Of a stretch of 64,000 bases of DNA, positions 10,509 to 19,791 are shown in pieces. The position numbers were made by a program, and so were the translations under genes. The DNA comes from Bacillota bacterium. Lineage in GTDB: Bacteria; Bacillota; DTU025. The stretch's first letter is position 1, and every line of letters begins with the position of its first letter. The stretch covers positions 448,001 to 512,000 of the forward strand of contig JBMNJT010000002.1 of NCBI GenBank assembly GCA_050951805.1, read 5' to 3'. The notes under the pieces are model-generated. The model searched no databases and was not told where the DNA came from. It saw only the letters and a list, made by a program, of their open reading frames with translations.

Positions 10509-10973
10509 ATGTATGTCGCGCAGGTTGAAGCACAAGATCGGAAGGGATGGATATCCCGACAGATTCTCGATGATTTAGGGGAATGGTTCGGCATCCCCGA
10601 GGCCGCGGAATCCTACGCAAGGAGAAGCTCGGAACTGCCCTTTTGGGCAGCTTTTGATGGCGGGAAACCGGTTGGTTTTGTCGCAGTCTTGAAGCACTTC
10701 GATCAAGCCGCTGAGATCTATGTAATGGGGATCCTCAAAGCATACCATCGCAAAGGAATTGGAAGACTTCTCGTAGGAGAAGTTGAAAAGTGGTGCGCAG
10801 ATCAAGACATTAGTTATCTTCAAGTCAAAACGCTCTCAGCTTCTCATCCCGATACTCATTATGAGAAAACCAGAGCATTTTACCGGTCGGTTGGATTCGT
10901 AGAGATAGAGGAGTTTCCTAACCTATGGGGAACTGCGAATCCGTGTCTGCTGATGATCAAGGCAATCCGATAG
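10509..10973 (+). CDS. GNAT family N-acetyltransferase
   Basis: MGILKAYHRKGIGRLL acetyl-CoA motif; LQVKTL...YEKTRAFY...GF; ATG 10509 after GCAGGTGAG. Confidence 0.92.
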   Translation: MYVAQVEAQDRKGWISRQILDDLGEWFGIPEAAESYARRSSELPFWAAFDGGKPVGFVAVLKHFDQAAEIYVMGILKAYHRKGIGRLLVGEVEKWCADQDISYLQVKTLSASHPDTHYEKTRAFYRSVGFVEIEEFPNLWGTANPCLLMIKAIR

Positions 10974-11147
10974 GGCGATCAGTATTGCCGCTCAGAACCT
11001 CTTTCGGGGCTTCACTCTTTTGGCTATGGAATCCAGGTTCGTTCAGTATGCTCTTAATATCTTGTGCCAGGGTTTGTCCGGACATAACCGCTGCGATCAT
11101 GCACCGATTCTGCAAACGCAGTTGTGGAATCGCAAAGTACGATCTAG

Positions 11148-13022
11148 GAATCTGCTCGGAAACTCCTCAAGGGCAGGCGTGAAGTTCGCTGGACCGAGTT
11201 GACTGAGAGCGATGTATCATCATGTGCGGACGTATAGGACGGCTATGTTGGGTTTGCCATCGTAATACGCAACATTGCTTTCAACTTCGTGGTATTACGC
11301 CCATATATGTGCTATAACATCAGCATAACATGTGTTTGGAGGCTACATCCATGCAAGGCCGGCGCGAACAACAGTTGACGTTTTCCGATGCTCTCTGGCC
11401 CAACGAAATACCCGAGAATTCCTACTGGGCAAGAATGCGAAAATACCTCCTTCAAATAGATGAATCAGTGTTCAGCCCTTTATTCTCGCATACGGGGCGT
11501 CCCTCGATTTCACCTGTGCTCACCTTTGGCGCAATGCTCATTCAGCTTGAAATAGGCTGGTCAGATAGGCAGTTGGAGGAAGAATCCCGGTTTGACGATC
11601 GCTGTAAATATGCCTTCGGGGTGAGTCGGGATTTCGCGGGGATTGATGCAGTTACCCTCTGCGAGCATAGGGCAAGGTTTATAGAATCAGGCATCATATT
11701 CACCTTGTTTCGCGACTTGCTGGCCGACGCCAAAGCAAAAGACCTCATCTCCGAGGACAAGCTCGAGATCGTCGATTCCTTTATGACCTATGGAGCCGCC
11801 GCTGTCCAAGATACATATACATTGCTACGCAAGGGAATCGTGCGGGTTCTCAAGATAGCCGAGTTCCATGAGTTCGATTCCAAGCTGACGCCTGTGCTTG
11901 GCCGCAAGGATTACACAACTGATGCAAAACCCAAGATCAACTGGGATGACCCTGAGGAAAAGCGCCTTCTGTTGGAATCTTATGTTGTTGACGCACGTAA
12001 CCTTGTAGCCGCCGTCCGTGCTTTGCAGCCTTTGCCCCGGGATTTGAAGGATGCGGCTGACCTGCTGGAACGCATTGCAAAGCAAGATATCGACGACGAT
12101 GATGGCCAGATCAACAGGATAATATCTGTTAATGACCCAGATATGCGACACGGGCGCAAGACATCGTCCTCCAAATTCGATGGGTACAAAACGCGCATCA
12201 TGACCGATGGCAATTTCGTAACTGCCGTGGTTGAGACGCCTGCCAACAAGGCTGACTCCGAACCATTCCCTGATCTTATGGATCAATGCGAGGCAAATGG
12301 AATCAAGTTTACGGAGGTCATGGGCGACAGCGCCTACAGCAATTGGCTGATTATCGACAGAAAGGCCAAGGATGGGATAACTGTGATAGCCAAAGTGCCA
12401 TCGGAACCGATAGTGGATGGAAGATACCCAAAGGGCAAATTCGACATAGACACGGAAAACGGTGTGGTTGCCTGCCCAGAGGGGTTTGCAGCTCAGTTTG
12501 ATCCATCTGCGATTGAGAGGCGAAAAGGGACCGTTGCTCGTTTTTCAGACTGCACGGAATGCACGAGTTCCTCAAGAGGCCGCAGCATATCGATCCACCC
12601 CTATGAGCCGGAGATAGCTACAGAACGGAAAAAGCAGGCGACGCCCGAATTCAAGGAATTCTACTCAGAACGCGCTGACGGCGAGAGGGTCATAAGCCAC
12701 CTGACAAGGCACGGGGGCAGACAGGCAAGGTACATAGGAGCCTTCAAAGTGTGGTGCCAGGAGGTCCTCACAGCGCTCAATCACAACATCAAGGCCTTCT
12801 ATAGACTGGCGCCAGCCACTGGCTAGATGTTGCAGGGGAGGACTGCCTGCAGAATCGGATAAATAGGCGCAAACGGGAAGCGCCTGGGGTGATGGGGGCC
12901 ATTAAGTTAGGCCCATGATGCCCTAAGCTATTGCTGGCAGCCTCTAGATAACCACATACTGCCTTTTCTTGATTGTCAAAGATTGCTCCGGGTTGATATC
13001 AGCTCTGTTGGCGAGCAGATTC
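11148..13022 (+). mobile_element. IS1182-family insertion sequence with CTAG flanks
   Basis: Left CTAG|GAATCTGCTCGGAAAC (11144-11163) and right GTTGGCGAGCAGATTC|CTAG (13007-13026) are inverted repeats (18/20 including CTAG); a single transposase lies inside; the exact TIR/TSD boundary within CTAG is ambiguous. Confidence 0.88.
11351..12826 (+). CDS. IS1182-family DDE transposase
   Basis: GRPSISP...LIQLEIGWSDRQ (DUF772-like), IVDS, RIISVNDPDMRHGRK...FDGYK, GDSAY, ERVISHL; GGAGG before ATG 11351. Confidence 0.92.
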   Translation: MQGRREQQLTFSDALWPNEIPENSYWARMRKYLLQIDESVFSPLFSHTGRPSISPVLTFGAMLIQLEIGWSDRQLEEESRFDDRCKYAFGVSRDFAGIDAVTLCEHRARFIESGIIFTLFRDLLADAKAKDLISEDKLEIVDSFMTYGAAAVQDTYTLLRKGIVRVLKIAEFHEFDSKLTPVLGRKDYTTDAKPKINWDDPEEKRLLLESYVVDARNLVAAVRALQPLPRDLKDAADLLERIAKQDIDDDDGQINRIISVNDPDMRHGRKTSSSKFDGYKTRIMTDGNFVTAVVETPANKADSEPFPDLMDQCEANGIKFTEVMGDSAYSNWLIIDRKAKDGITVIAKVPSEPIVDGRYPKGKFDIDTENGVVACPEGFAAQFDPSAIERRKGTVARFSDCTECTSSSRGRSISIHPYEPEIATERKKQATPEFKEFYSERADGERVISHLTRHGGRQARYIGAFKVWCQEVLTALNHNIKAFYRLAPATG

Positions 13023-13037
13023 CTAGGAGGGACCGAG

Positions 13038-13081
13038 TTGAGCACACAGCAAGTCATTAGGAGATTGGCAGTCGTCTGCTC
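13038..13081 (+). pseudogene. Probable 5' fragment (signal peptide start) of the interrupted PHP-like gene
   Basis: AGGAGG RBS then TTG and MSTQQVIRRLAVVC (basic n-region entering a hydrophobic stretch), cut at the IS21 end; the link to the downstream fragments is inferred. Confidence 0.55.
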
Positions 13082-13163
13082 TGTTTGGCAATCGAAAAGT
13101 TCATAGTTCGGCAGTCAAAAAGTGCATAGGCTACCACCACGCCCGGGGTCGGATCTCAGGGCC

Positions 13164-13955
13164 CTATTGGGCCGGGTCGTTTTTGTAAATAGTGTTTTGT
13201 TGGGGGTGGGCACCTCCAACGTCATCTGGGACATGCAATTGGGAGAGGGCGTGCCGTAGACGGTAGCTCTCCCCTGTGAATGCAAGCACATGTCCGTGAT
13301 GAACAAGCCTGTCAATGAGCGCGGCAGTGAGCCGGCTGTCGTTGATTACCGTGTTCCATTGTCCGAACTCAAGGTTCGTAGTGATGGCTACGCTTCGGCG
13401 CTCATAGCAGCTGGCGATTACTTGGAACAAGAGCTCTGCTGCGTGACGGGGTAGAGGCAAGAAGCCCAGTTCATCCACGATAAGCAGATCGCATGATTCG
13501 AGATCGCGTATTAAGCTTCCAAGAGTCCCTTTTGCGTTCTTCTCCAGCAAGCGGTTTGCCAGATCAACTGTCTGAAAGAATCGGACCTCCTTTCCGCTGA
13601 GGACAGCCTTAAGCCCCAGCGCTATCACAAGATGAGTTTTGCCTGTCCCCACGCCGCCCATGCAAATCAGGGACTCCTTCTCATCGATGAACCTCAGTTC
13701 GGTTAGATGTTCTATCGTGGTTTGGGGCGGCAATATGATGTTGTCACAGGAGAACTCCTCCAGCGTCTTGGTTTGCGGAAACCCTGCACGCTTCAACCTT
13801 CGCCGGTTTCGATTTTTCTCTCGGTTTCTTAGCTCTTCTGCAAATAGATCAGTCAGGAATTGCTCTCTGCTTTCAAAGGATATTTCATTGTAGGTCTGGC
13901 TCACCGAACCGAGTTTGAGCATCTTGCACTGTTTCTGAAGCAAAGAGTCTGTCAT
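13164..13955 (-). CDS. istB: IS21 helper AAA+ ATPase IstB
   Basis: GGVGTGKTHL Walker A, LLIVDELGF Walker B, ITTNLEFGQW, ALIDRLVHH, GESYRL. Confidence 0.97.
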   Translation of the reverse strand: MTDSLLQKQCKMLKLGSVSQTYNEISFESREQFLTDLFAEELRNREKNRNRRRLKRAGFPQTKTLEEFSCDNIILPPQTTIEHLTELRFIDEKESLICMGGVGTGKTHLVIALGLKAVLSGKEVRFFQTVDLANRLLEKNAKGTLGSLIRDLESCDLLIVDELGFLPLPRHAAELLFQVIASCYERRSVAITTNLEFGQWNTVINDSRLTAALIDRLVHHGHVLAFTGESYRLRHALSQLHVPDDVGGAHPQQNTIYKNDPAQ

Positions 13956-15475
13956 GCCTTGACCACTCCTTCAGCCCGTGCAGGCAAGAGCTTGTCGTAG
14001 ACTGCGGAATCTGGATTGTAAGCTGCTACTTCAATTGGCGTGTATCCCTCGGCAATAGGTTCGGGAAGCCCGTTTTCGGGGTTAAGCGCATACAGCTTGA
14101 GCTCAACGTTCGCGGGGTTGGCGCGCCTATCGGCTGGCAACACCTCAAGCGCCTCAGCTACTTCGTCTATGGAATACATCTTCAGCATGTCTCTCGCGAA
14201 CCGCACTCTAGCTGACCGTTCCGATGCATTCGCCTCCTTGAGGTAGGCTTGGACCGCCTTCGGAAGATAGCGGAACATAGCTGAATGCACGGCGGCTCGT
14301 GGCCTACGTGAGTAGATCTCAAAATGGGCCAGCCAGTCAATTGGTTGCTCTTTGAGCATGTAGTGCCTTGGCAGCGTTGTGAGCGCTTCGCCTTCCCGGT
14401 TCCGCACCTCGATGCGATCCCAATACACACTGAGCAAAACCTTCTGCCGTGGTTTCCCCTGTGGCACTGAATAGGTTTCCGACTCGAAGCGGAATTGAGC
14501 ATAGTTGTTTAATACTGCAGCATCAAGCCGCACAGCCTCGAATGGAACGCTTGGGAGCGGCAGCAACGCTGATTGCTCTTCTCGCCACATGTCGGCTATA
14601 GTCCTGCCCTTCTTGTAATGAATGCGATCCATGTCGCGGATAGCCTTAATTGCCAGTTGTTCGCCGAGCTCCTCGAAACTGTTGAGGGGGTGAAGAGGGC
14701 ATAGCCATTGCCGGCGTGAGTATCCTACCTTGTTTTCAACATTTCCTTTCTCGTTGCCTCGAGCCGGCGCACAGAAATCAACATCGAAGCGATAATGGAG
14801 CTGAAAGCGCATGAACGCCTCCGTAAGCGTGCGTTCTTCGCCCTTCCCTATGGTTGCTACCATAGTCGTCGCATTGTCCAACACTAGCCTCTGCGGCACA
14901 CCCCCTGCCTGCTCAAACAGAAGGCGAAGACCCTCCAGAAGGCACTCACCGTTCTCTGATGGCATTGGAACCGCAAAGCCAGCGTTTGACCATGGAAACG
15001 AAAGAACAAGCGCCTTGGCTTCCACGATCTTTCCATCCCGAACACAGCGGATTGTTCCGAAATCCGCCTGGGCTTCTCCAGGTTCGTGCATGAGTTCAAC
15101 GTAGGCCGTGGGTTCGGGTTCTTCCTTGAGCAACTCTTTCCGCCGATTTCGAACATACTCCCTAACTGTGCGTTCACTGCCTTCGAAGCCATGCTTCTCT
15201 CTTAGCTCACTGTAAATGGCTGCAGCATTTCGCCGATCCTTTCTCTGCAGCAACTGATCCTCAAGCAGCCAGGTATCTACAATGTCTGCCACGGGATCCA
15301 TTACAGGCCTACGCTTCTTTCTAACCGTAGGCGGCGATTCATTCCAGTCCTCCTTGTAAGCATATTTTGCCGCCGTTCTCCAACACACGTCGACTTTCCT
15401 GGCAATTTCGCTGATAGATGCACCTTCGTTTTCGAAGGCATGCTTGATATAATACTGTACAGGCATAGCGATCAC
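13952..15475 (-). CDS. istA: IS21 transposase IstA
   Basis: N-terminal HTH, PGEAQADFG, GGVPQRLVLDN, GNEKGNVENKVGY; overlaps istB. Confidence 0.97.
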   Translation of the reverse strand: MIAMPVQYYIKHAFENEGASISEIARKVDVCWRTAAKYAYKEDWNESPPTVRKKRRPVMDPVADIVDTWLLEDQLLQRKDRRNAAAIYSELREKHGFEGSERTVREYVRNRRKELLKEEPEPTAYVELMHEPGEAQADFGTIRCVRDGKIVEAKALVLSFPWSNAGFAVPMPSENGECLLEGLRLLFEQAGGVPQRLVLDNATTMVATIGKGEERTLTEAFMRFQLHYRFDVDFCAPARGNEKGNVENKVGYSRRQWLCPLHPLNSFEELGEQLAIKAIRDMDRIHYKKGRTIADMWREEQSALLPLPSVPFEAVRLDAAVLNNYAQFRFESETYSVPQGKPRQKVLLSVYWDRIEVRNREGEALTTLPRHYMLKEQPIDWLAHFEIYSRRPRAAVHSAMFRYLPKAVQAYLKEANASERSARVRFARDMLKMYSIDEVAEALEVLPADRRANPANVELKLYALNPENGLPEPIAEGYTPIEVAAYNPDSAVYDKLLPARAEGVVKA

Positions 15476-15613
15476 TCCACGTTACCTCCCCGATTGGTCA
15501 CAGTCAAATCTAGGGAGGTATTCTTGTGGCGTGGTGGTTATGCCTTCTTAATCTTCAATTTCTCCTGTGACATTTTGGCTGCCGTTCTCTGTATTGCCAT
15601 TATGCCGAAAACA

Positions 15614-17459
15614 TTCAAGCGCAACAGCACGCGTGAGGATGCCATAGCTGGAGTTCGCTGGCTCAATGAACACTATCGAGACTCCAGCTATGCGGTGATA
15701 AACCATCCTTCGCGCGCTATGAAGTATGCGCCGTCCGATCTGAGGGATCTGAACAATGCAAGCCCTGACGTCTGTTTCGGCTTTGAAGGCCTGCCGGGAA
15801 GACAGAAGAAGAGCTTCGGGTGCGGCTATAGCCAGGATTTTGCCGGTATGACACCACTATGTCGGACATATGGCGGAGCCGATCCCTTCCTTGCTACAAT
15901 TGGAGGGGTGTGGGATAGCTTGCTGGGAGAAGGTCGCAGATTTTGGGTTCTTGCTAATTCCGATTTTCATGAGGCTGGGTCCGATTCTGATTTCTACCCG
16001 GGCGAATACGCAAAGAACTACGTGAAGGTTGACGAGAACAGCCCAAAGGGAATAGTGGACGGATTGAGGTCCGGGAACTGTTTCGTTCGCCCGGCATGTT
16101 TGTTGAGCCGATGGACTGAAAGAAGTCCTGTCACCTAACCAGCGGGAAGACAACCCCAAGGCAAGGGCGTCGCTGGTAACGGCGGGGTCTGAAGGAAGCT
16201 TTAAGGGGGAACACGGAACGTAGCGAAAGCGAAGCGAAGTTGGGCTGTCAGGTGGGTAACCTTGCGAAGTATGGGAAAGCCCGAAAGCTGGATAACCTGC
16301 GGGTTAGGACGGACGGGTTCGTGTACAGGCAGACAAACTTAACCGGGGAAGCCCTGCATCATCCAGATAGCTGGTAAGCCCAAACAAGCGGAGACGCAAG
16401 GATGGGAATATGTGGTGTGGGGTGGCAGATGAGTCCGTAGTAGTTATGAACCCTCAGCCCATGAAAGCCGGCAACAGACCGGAGGATAAAACTGAGGGGA
16501 CAGCGGCCGGGAGCTGCTGGGCTGCATTGGCCAAAAGCCTATGCAGTTGCGAAGGGACGAAGGCAAACCAAAGCGTGCAACCTAGTTACAGGCAAGCATG
16601 GGAGAAAGATAACAGAGGCTGAAATGCCGATGGGAACGGGGGAGCCGGGGGCGACGAGTCTGCTGGTCCCTGCGCCCGCTCAGCAGAGTATCAAAGTTTC
16701 GCGGGGTAGATTGCCTTAGAGCTAGAGACGCCTCGCAAGCCTTGGGAAGAAACTGCAACCATGCAAGCTTGATGGCCAAGGAAGCACGGCGAGATGAATT
16801 GACCTCACGAAGTATGAGGTCGGCGTCTTGCATCTCTTCTATGAAGCGAAGTGACTAGGGTTTGCCAGGAGCCGTGTACGGGGCCCGTACGCACGGTTCT
16901 GTGAGAGGGATGACGCCAGGCTAATCACCCTGGCGCCACCCTACTCGATGTTGTCCATGGAGATCTTATTGACCACCTCGATTTCTGGGCCGAGTGCGGC
17001 AGCAGCGCCGCAACTATGGGCGAGTCAATATGGGTTCCGGCTGGGTCAGATGTGGTTGTTACTGTGCGTCTAAGAAGTCCCCATGAAGATGGGGTGGATC
17101 ATGTGGACTTGATCGCCGGAAGAGTATCCGGCCTGATTGTGCCCGAAGATGCGAGATACAACGTGGGAAACAACCCATCTACGCACGTGGTTGCAAGATT
17201 CTTCACAAAAGGCAAGCTTCTTGATGATGAGGGGTTTGCCAGCATGAGCCATGTGATCCGGAATGTGCGGAGTAACATGTATGTGAGGCTCCGAGGTACG
17301 AATCTTCCGGTAGGGGCGGCGCTGGAGACAGACTTCGACGGCGATCCGCTATCTGATGATCTCGCCCACCTAGGCGGCTATGACAACGAAATGGAAGCCT
17401 ATCACGATCTGTGGTTTTATTCGAACCCGATCAACATAAGGGTTGAGGGTGCTTGCTAA
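15614..17459 (+). pseudogene. PHP-like metallo-phosphoesterase (histidinol-phosphatase-like family), 5'-truncated by IS21 and split by a group II intron
   Basis: Exon 15614-16084 (INHPSR, FEGLPG, TYGGAD, WDSLLGEGR, NSDFH, DFYPGEY, LRSGNCF) joins in frame to exon 16950-17459 (VVHGDLIDHLDF...YVRLRGTNLP...DLWFYSNPI). Confidence 0.8.
16085..16949 (+). ncRNA. ORF-less group II intron (865 nt)
   Basis: 5' end GTTCGCCCGGCATG; domain V GAGCCGTGTACGGGGCCCGTACGCACGGTTC (16869-16899) with AGC triad; domain VI with bulged A (CCCTACTC); 3' end GAT; excision restores the host frame; no reverse transcriptase ORF. Confidence 0.92.
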
Positions 17460-17600
17460 GTGCTATGCGCGGGAGCTGCATACCGAGAGCAAGACCAAAT
17501 CTCATGTCCCCTTCCTGTTTTGCATCTGTTATGATGTGGTATGATAATCCACAGGTAGCTGCATAGGAGCGTTATTGCTCCAAAACAAAGGAGTTTTTTG

Positions 17601-18521
17601 ATGGGTTCAGTTGACTCTACAGTTCCAAGCTATGTTGGCCTTTACCGCACAGGCGAGCTGGCGAGGCGTGCTGAGGAAGCGGTAAGACGGCTTTCCCGTT
17701 GCGTGATATGTGCCCAAGCCTGCAACGTCAACCGTATAGAAGGCGAGCTGGGGTTCTGCCGAACGGGAAGGCTAGCTGTGGTGTCAAGTGCCGGCCGGCA
17801 CTTCGGTGAGGAGGACGTTTTGGTGGGAACCGGCGGCTCGGGAACGATCTTCTTTGCCAACTGTAACCTTGCGTGCGTCTTCTGTCAGAACTACGATATT
17901 AGCGCGTGCGGTTTCGGAAAAGAGGTCTCGCGTCGTAGATTGGCCGACATGATGTTAAGCTTGCAGGCCAAGGGCTGCCATAACATCAATTTAGTCTCCC
18001 CGAGCCATGTCGTGCCCCAGGTTTTGGAGGCGTTGGTCCTCGCGGTAGAAGAAGGGCTGAGGCTGCCGCTTGTGTACAACACAGGGGGTTATGATGCACT
18101 TTCAACTTTGAAACTGCTTGATGGGATAGTTGACATCTACATGCCTGACTTCAAGTTCGCAGATGCCGATGATGCAGAGCGGTTTTCCGCCGCACCGCGA
18201 TACCCGACTGTGGCGCAGGCTGCGATAAGGGAGATGCATCGGCAGGTAGGTGACTTGGTAGTCGATGAAGATGGGGTTGCCCGACGTGGGCTTATTCTGC
18301 GGCATTTGGTGATGCCGGGGAAGTTGGACGATACACGTGAGATAATGAGATTTGTGGTCCGGTATATCTCGCGCGACACTTATGTGAATGTAATGGGCCA
18401 GTATCGACCTGCCCACCTTGCTTCTCGGTATCCCGAGCTTAGCAGGGCGCTTGGGATATCCGAACACCAGAGGGCCATTGAGATCGCGCGCGAGGAGGGG
18501 CTGTATCGATTTGCGAGGTAG
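17601..18521 (+). CDS. PflX-like radical SAM protein (PFL-activating-like)
   Basis: N-terminal CVICAQAC, HFGEE, GSGTIFF, CNLACVFCQN (CxxxCxxC), NINLVSPSH, DIYMPDFK, RHLVMPG. Confidence 0.92.
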   Translation: MGSVDSTVPSYVGLYRTGELARRAEEAVRRLSRCVICAQACNVNRIEGELGFCRTGRLAVVSSAGRHFGEEDVLVGTGGSGTIFFANCNLACVFCQNYDISACGFGKEVSRRRLADMMLSLQAKGCHNINLVSPSHVVPQVLEALVLAVEEGLRLPLVYNTGGYDALSTLKLLDGIVDIYMPDFKFADADDAERFSAAPRYPTVAQAAIREMHRQVGDLVVDEDGVARRGLILRHLVMPGKLDDTREIMRFVVRYISRDTYVNVMGQYRPAHLASRYPELSRALGISEHQRAIEIAREEGLYRFAR

Positions 18522-18659
18522 ACTTCACTGGCTTCGTGAAGTCGAAGCTGAGTCCGTATGCCATAAGCCGTTGCGCAGGTGCCATTGATGCACGTCTAGG
18601 TGGTTCCTGATCTGTCTTTGAATTGTTGGCAAGCATCAGCTTGCTGCCAAATCTAGGCA

Positions 18660-19301
18660 TTATCGTTTGAAAGCGTTCAGGCCGCTATTGTGTCTGCCTT
18701 CGGATGGTGTACATACTATGTAGATATTTCGGAAGCCCGGAATGTGAGTGTTCCACAATTTCAAGAACTGTTCTTCTGCCAATATGCGATTTCCTGGGTC
18801 TTTGCCGTTCCCGTCTTCAGCTATCTCAGGGTCGTAAAAATGCAATTCCTTGGTGGGCTCATCGTATCCAACAAGCACAAAGTAGTGCATCCACTTCAAT
18901 CCATCGCCGGTTATCACTATTATTGGGTTTCCCATTGAGAGCCTGGCCTTGAGGGTATTGAGTGTCCCGGTATAGACTTGAGCTTGGATGCCGTGTCGAC
19001 GAAGCTCATTAATGGGTCCCCTCGGCAAGACCCTGCCAGACGGGAGCTTGAACCTGACAGCGTCGTAGATTTCCTTGCCGGTTACCTCGATTTCGAAGTG
19101 GCGGAGCACATACGCGACTGCAAACCCTGTGCACTCGTTCTTGCCCTGAATTTCAAATCGGTTGGGCGCTTCGATCCAGACGGATTCACGGATAACCTGC
19201 GTCACAGTATCAGCTCGTGCTAGGGGACCGCTTGCATAAAACCCAAGACCAGCAAGGACAAGGAATATGACGATGACGATGCTCTTCCACGGAATTTGCA
19301 A
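18660..19301 (-). CDS. Secreted or membrane-anchored C39-like cysteine peptidase
   Basis: N-terminal hydrophobic segment; QGKNEC, MHYFVLVGYD and YDP give the Q/C/H/D catalytic pattern. Confidence 0.82.
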   Translation of the reverse strand: MQIPWKSIVIVIFLVLAGLGFYASGPLARADTVTQVIRESVWIEAPNRFEIQGKNECTGFAVAYVLRHFEIEVTGKEIYDAVRFKLPSGRVLPRGPINELRRHGIQAQVYTGTLNTLKARLSMGNPIIVITGDGLKWMHYFVLVGYDEPTKELHFYDPEIAEDGNGKDPGNRILAEEQFLKLWNTHIPGFRNIYIVCTPSEGRHNSGLNAFKR

Positions 19302-19791
19302 ATCGAATGCACCTCCCCATCTTTGCCCATCTCAGTCTCTGCATATAGATTTTGCGATGCTCCTTGAGGGTTCTTTCAGGCCCCAGTTGCCCAATGAAAG
19401 CCGGGACACTTCTTGTGACTTGCCAAGAATAAGACTATTCGCTGCCTACCCTATGCCATTTTTTCAGACGCGAGCTCAATTTGGGTCAACAGGTCAGGCC
19501 CCGGGCATGCGCCCTTAAATCCCTGCCCCAAACGATCATTATGCAGCCATGTATATTCCATGGTGTGGCTTAAGATGGCATGCTATAGCAGATCATGATC
19601 GGGCACATGTCGAAATGGAGCCCGAACCCGTTGCCATGTCGAAAAACCGCCACAATGTCACTTCCAAAGCCAGCGGGGCTATCAGCTCTCTCGCCGGTTA
19701 CAGATCGGGTTGGCTTCAATATATATTACCTTTTCATGCGGGATGTGGAGTATGCGATTCGTGCCTGACTTAACATGACGTCTAGTTGCTC

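Larger units (their letters stand above)
13082..15613 (-). mobile_element. IS21-family insertion sequence (istA-istB)
   Basis: Ends TGTTTGGCA... and ...TGCCGAAAACA (TG...CA); internal repeats CGGCAGTCAAAAAGTGCATAG vs CGGCAGCCAAAATGTCACAG (reverse strand); no target duplication visible. Confidence 0.88.

Noticed and set aside
15440-16138. 232 aa ORF as an intact gene
   Set aside because: It is a chimera of the IS21 end, a host-gene fragment and the intron 5' sequence
16410-16833. Short ORFs inside the intron as an intron-encoded protein
   Set aside because: No RT motifs (no YADD or PQG); they overlap structural RNA domains
17601-19301. Radical SAM gene next to a C39-like peptidase as a possible RiPP cluster
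   Set aside because: The genes are convergent; the radical SAM is PflX-like without SPASM/RRE domains; no precursor peptide or transporter
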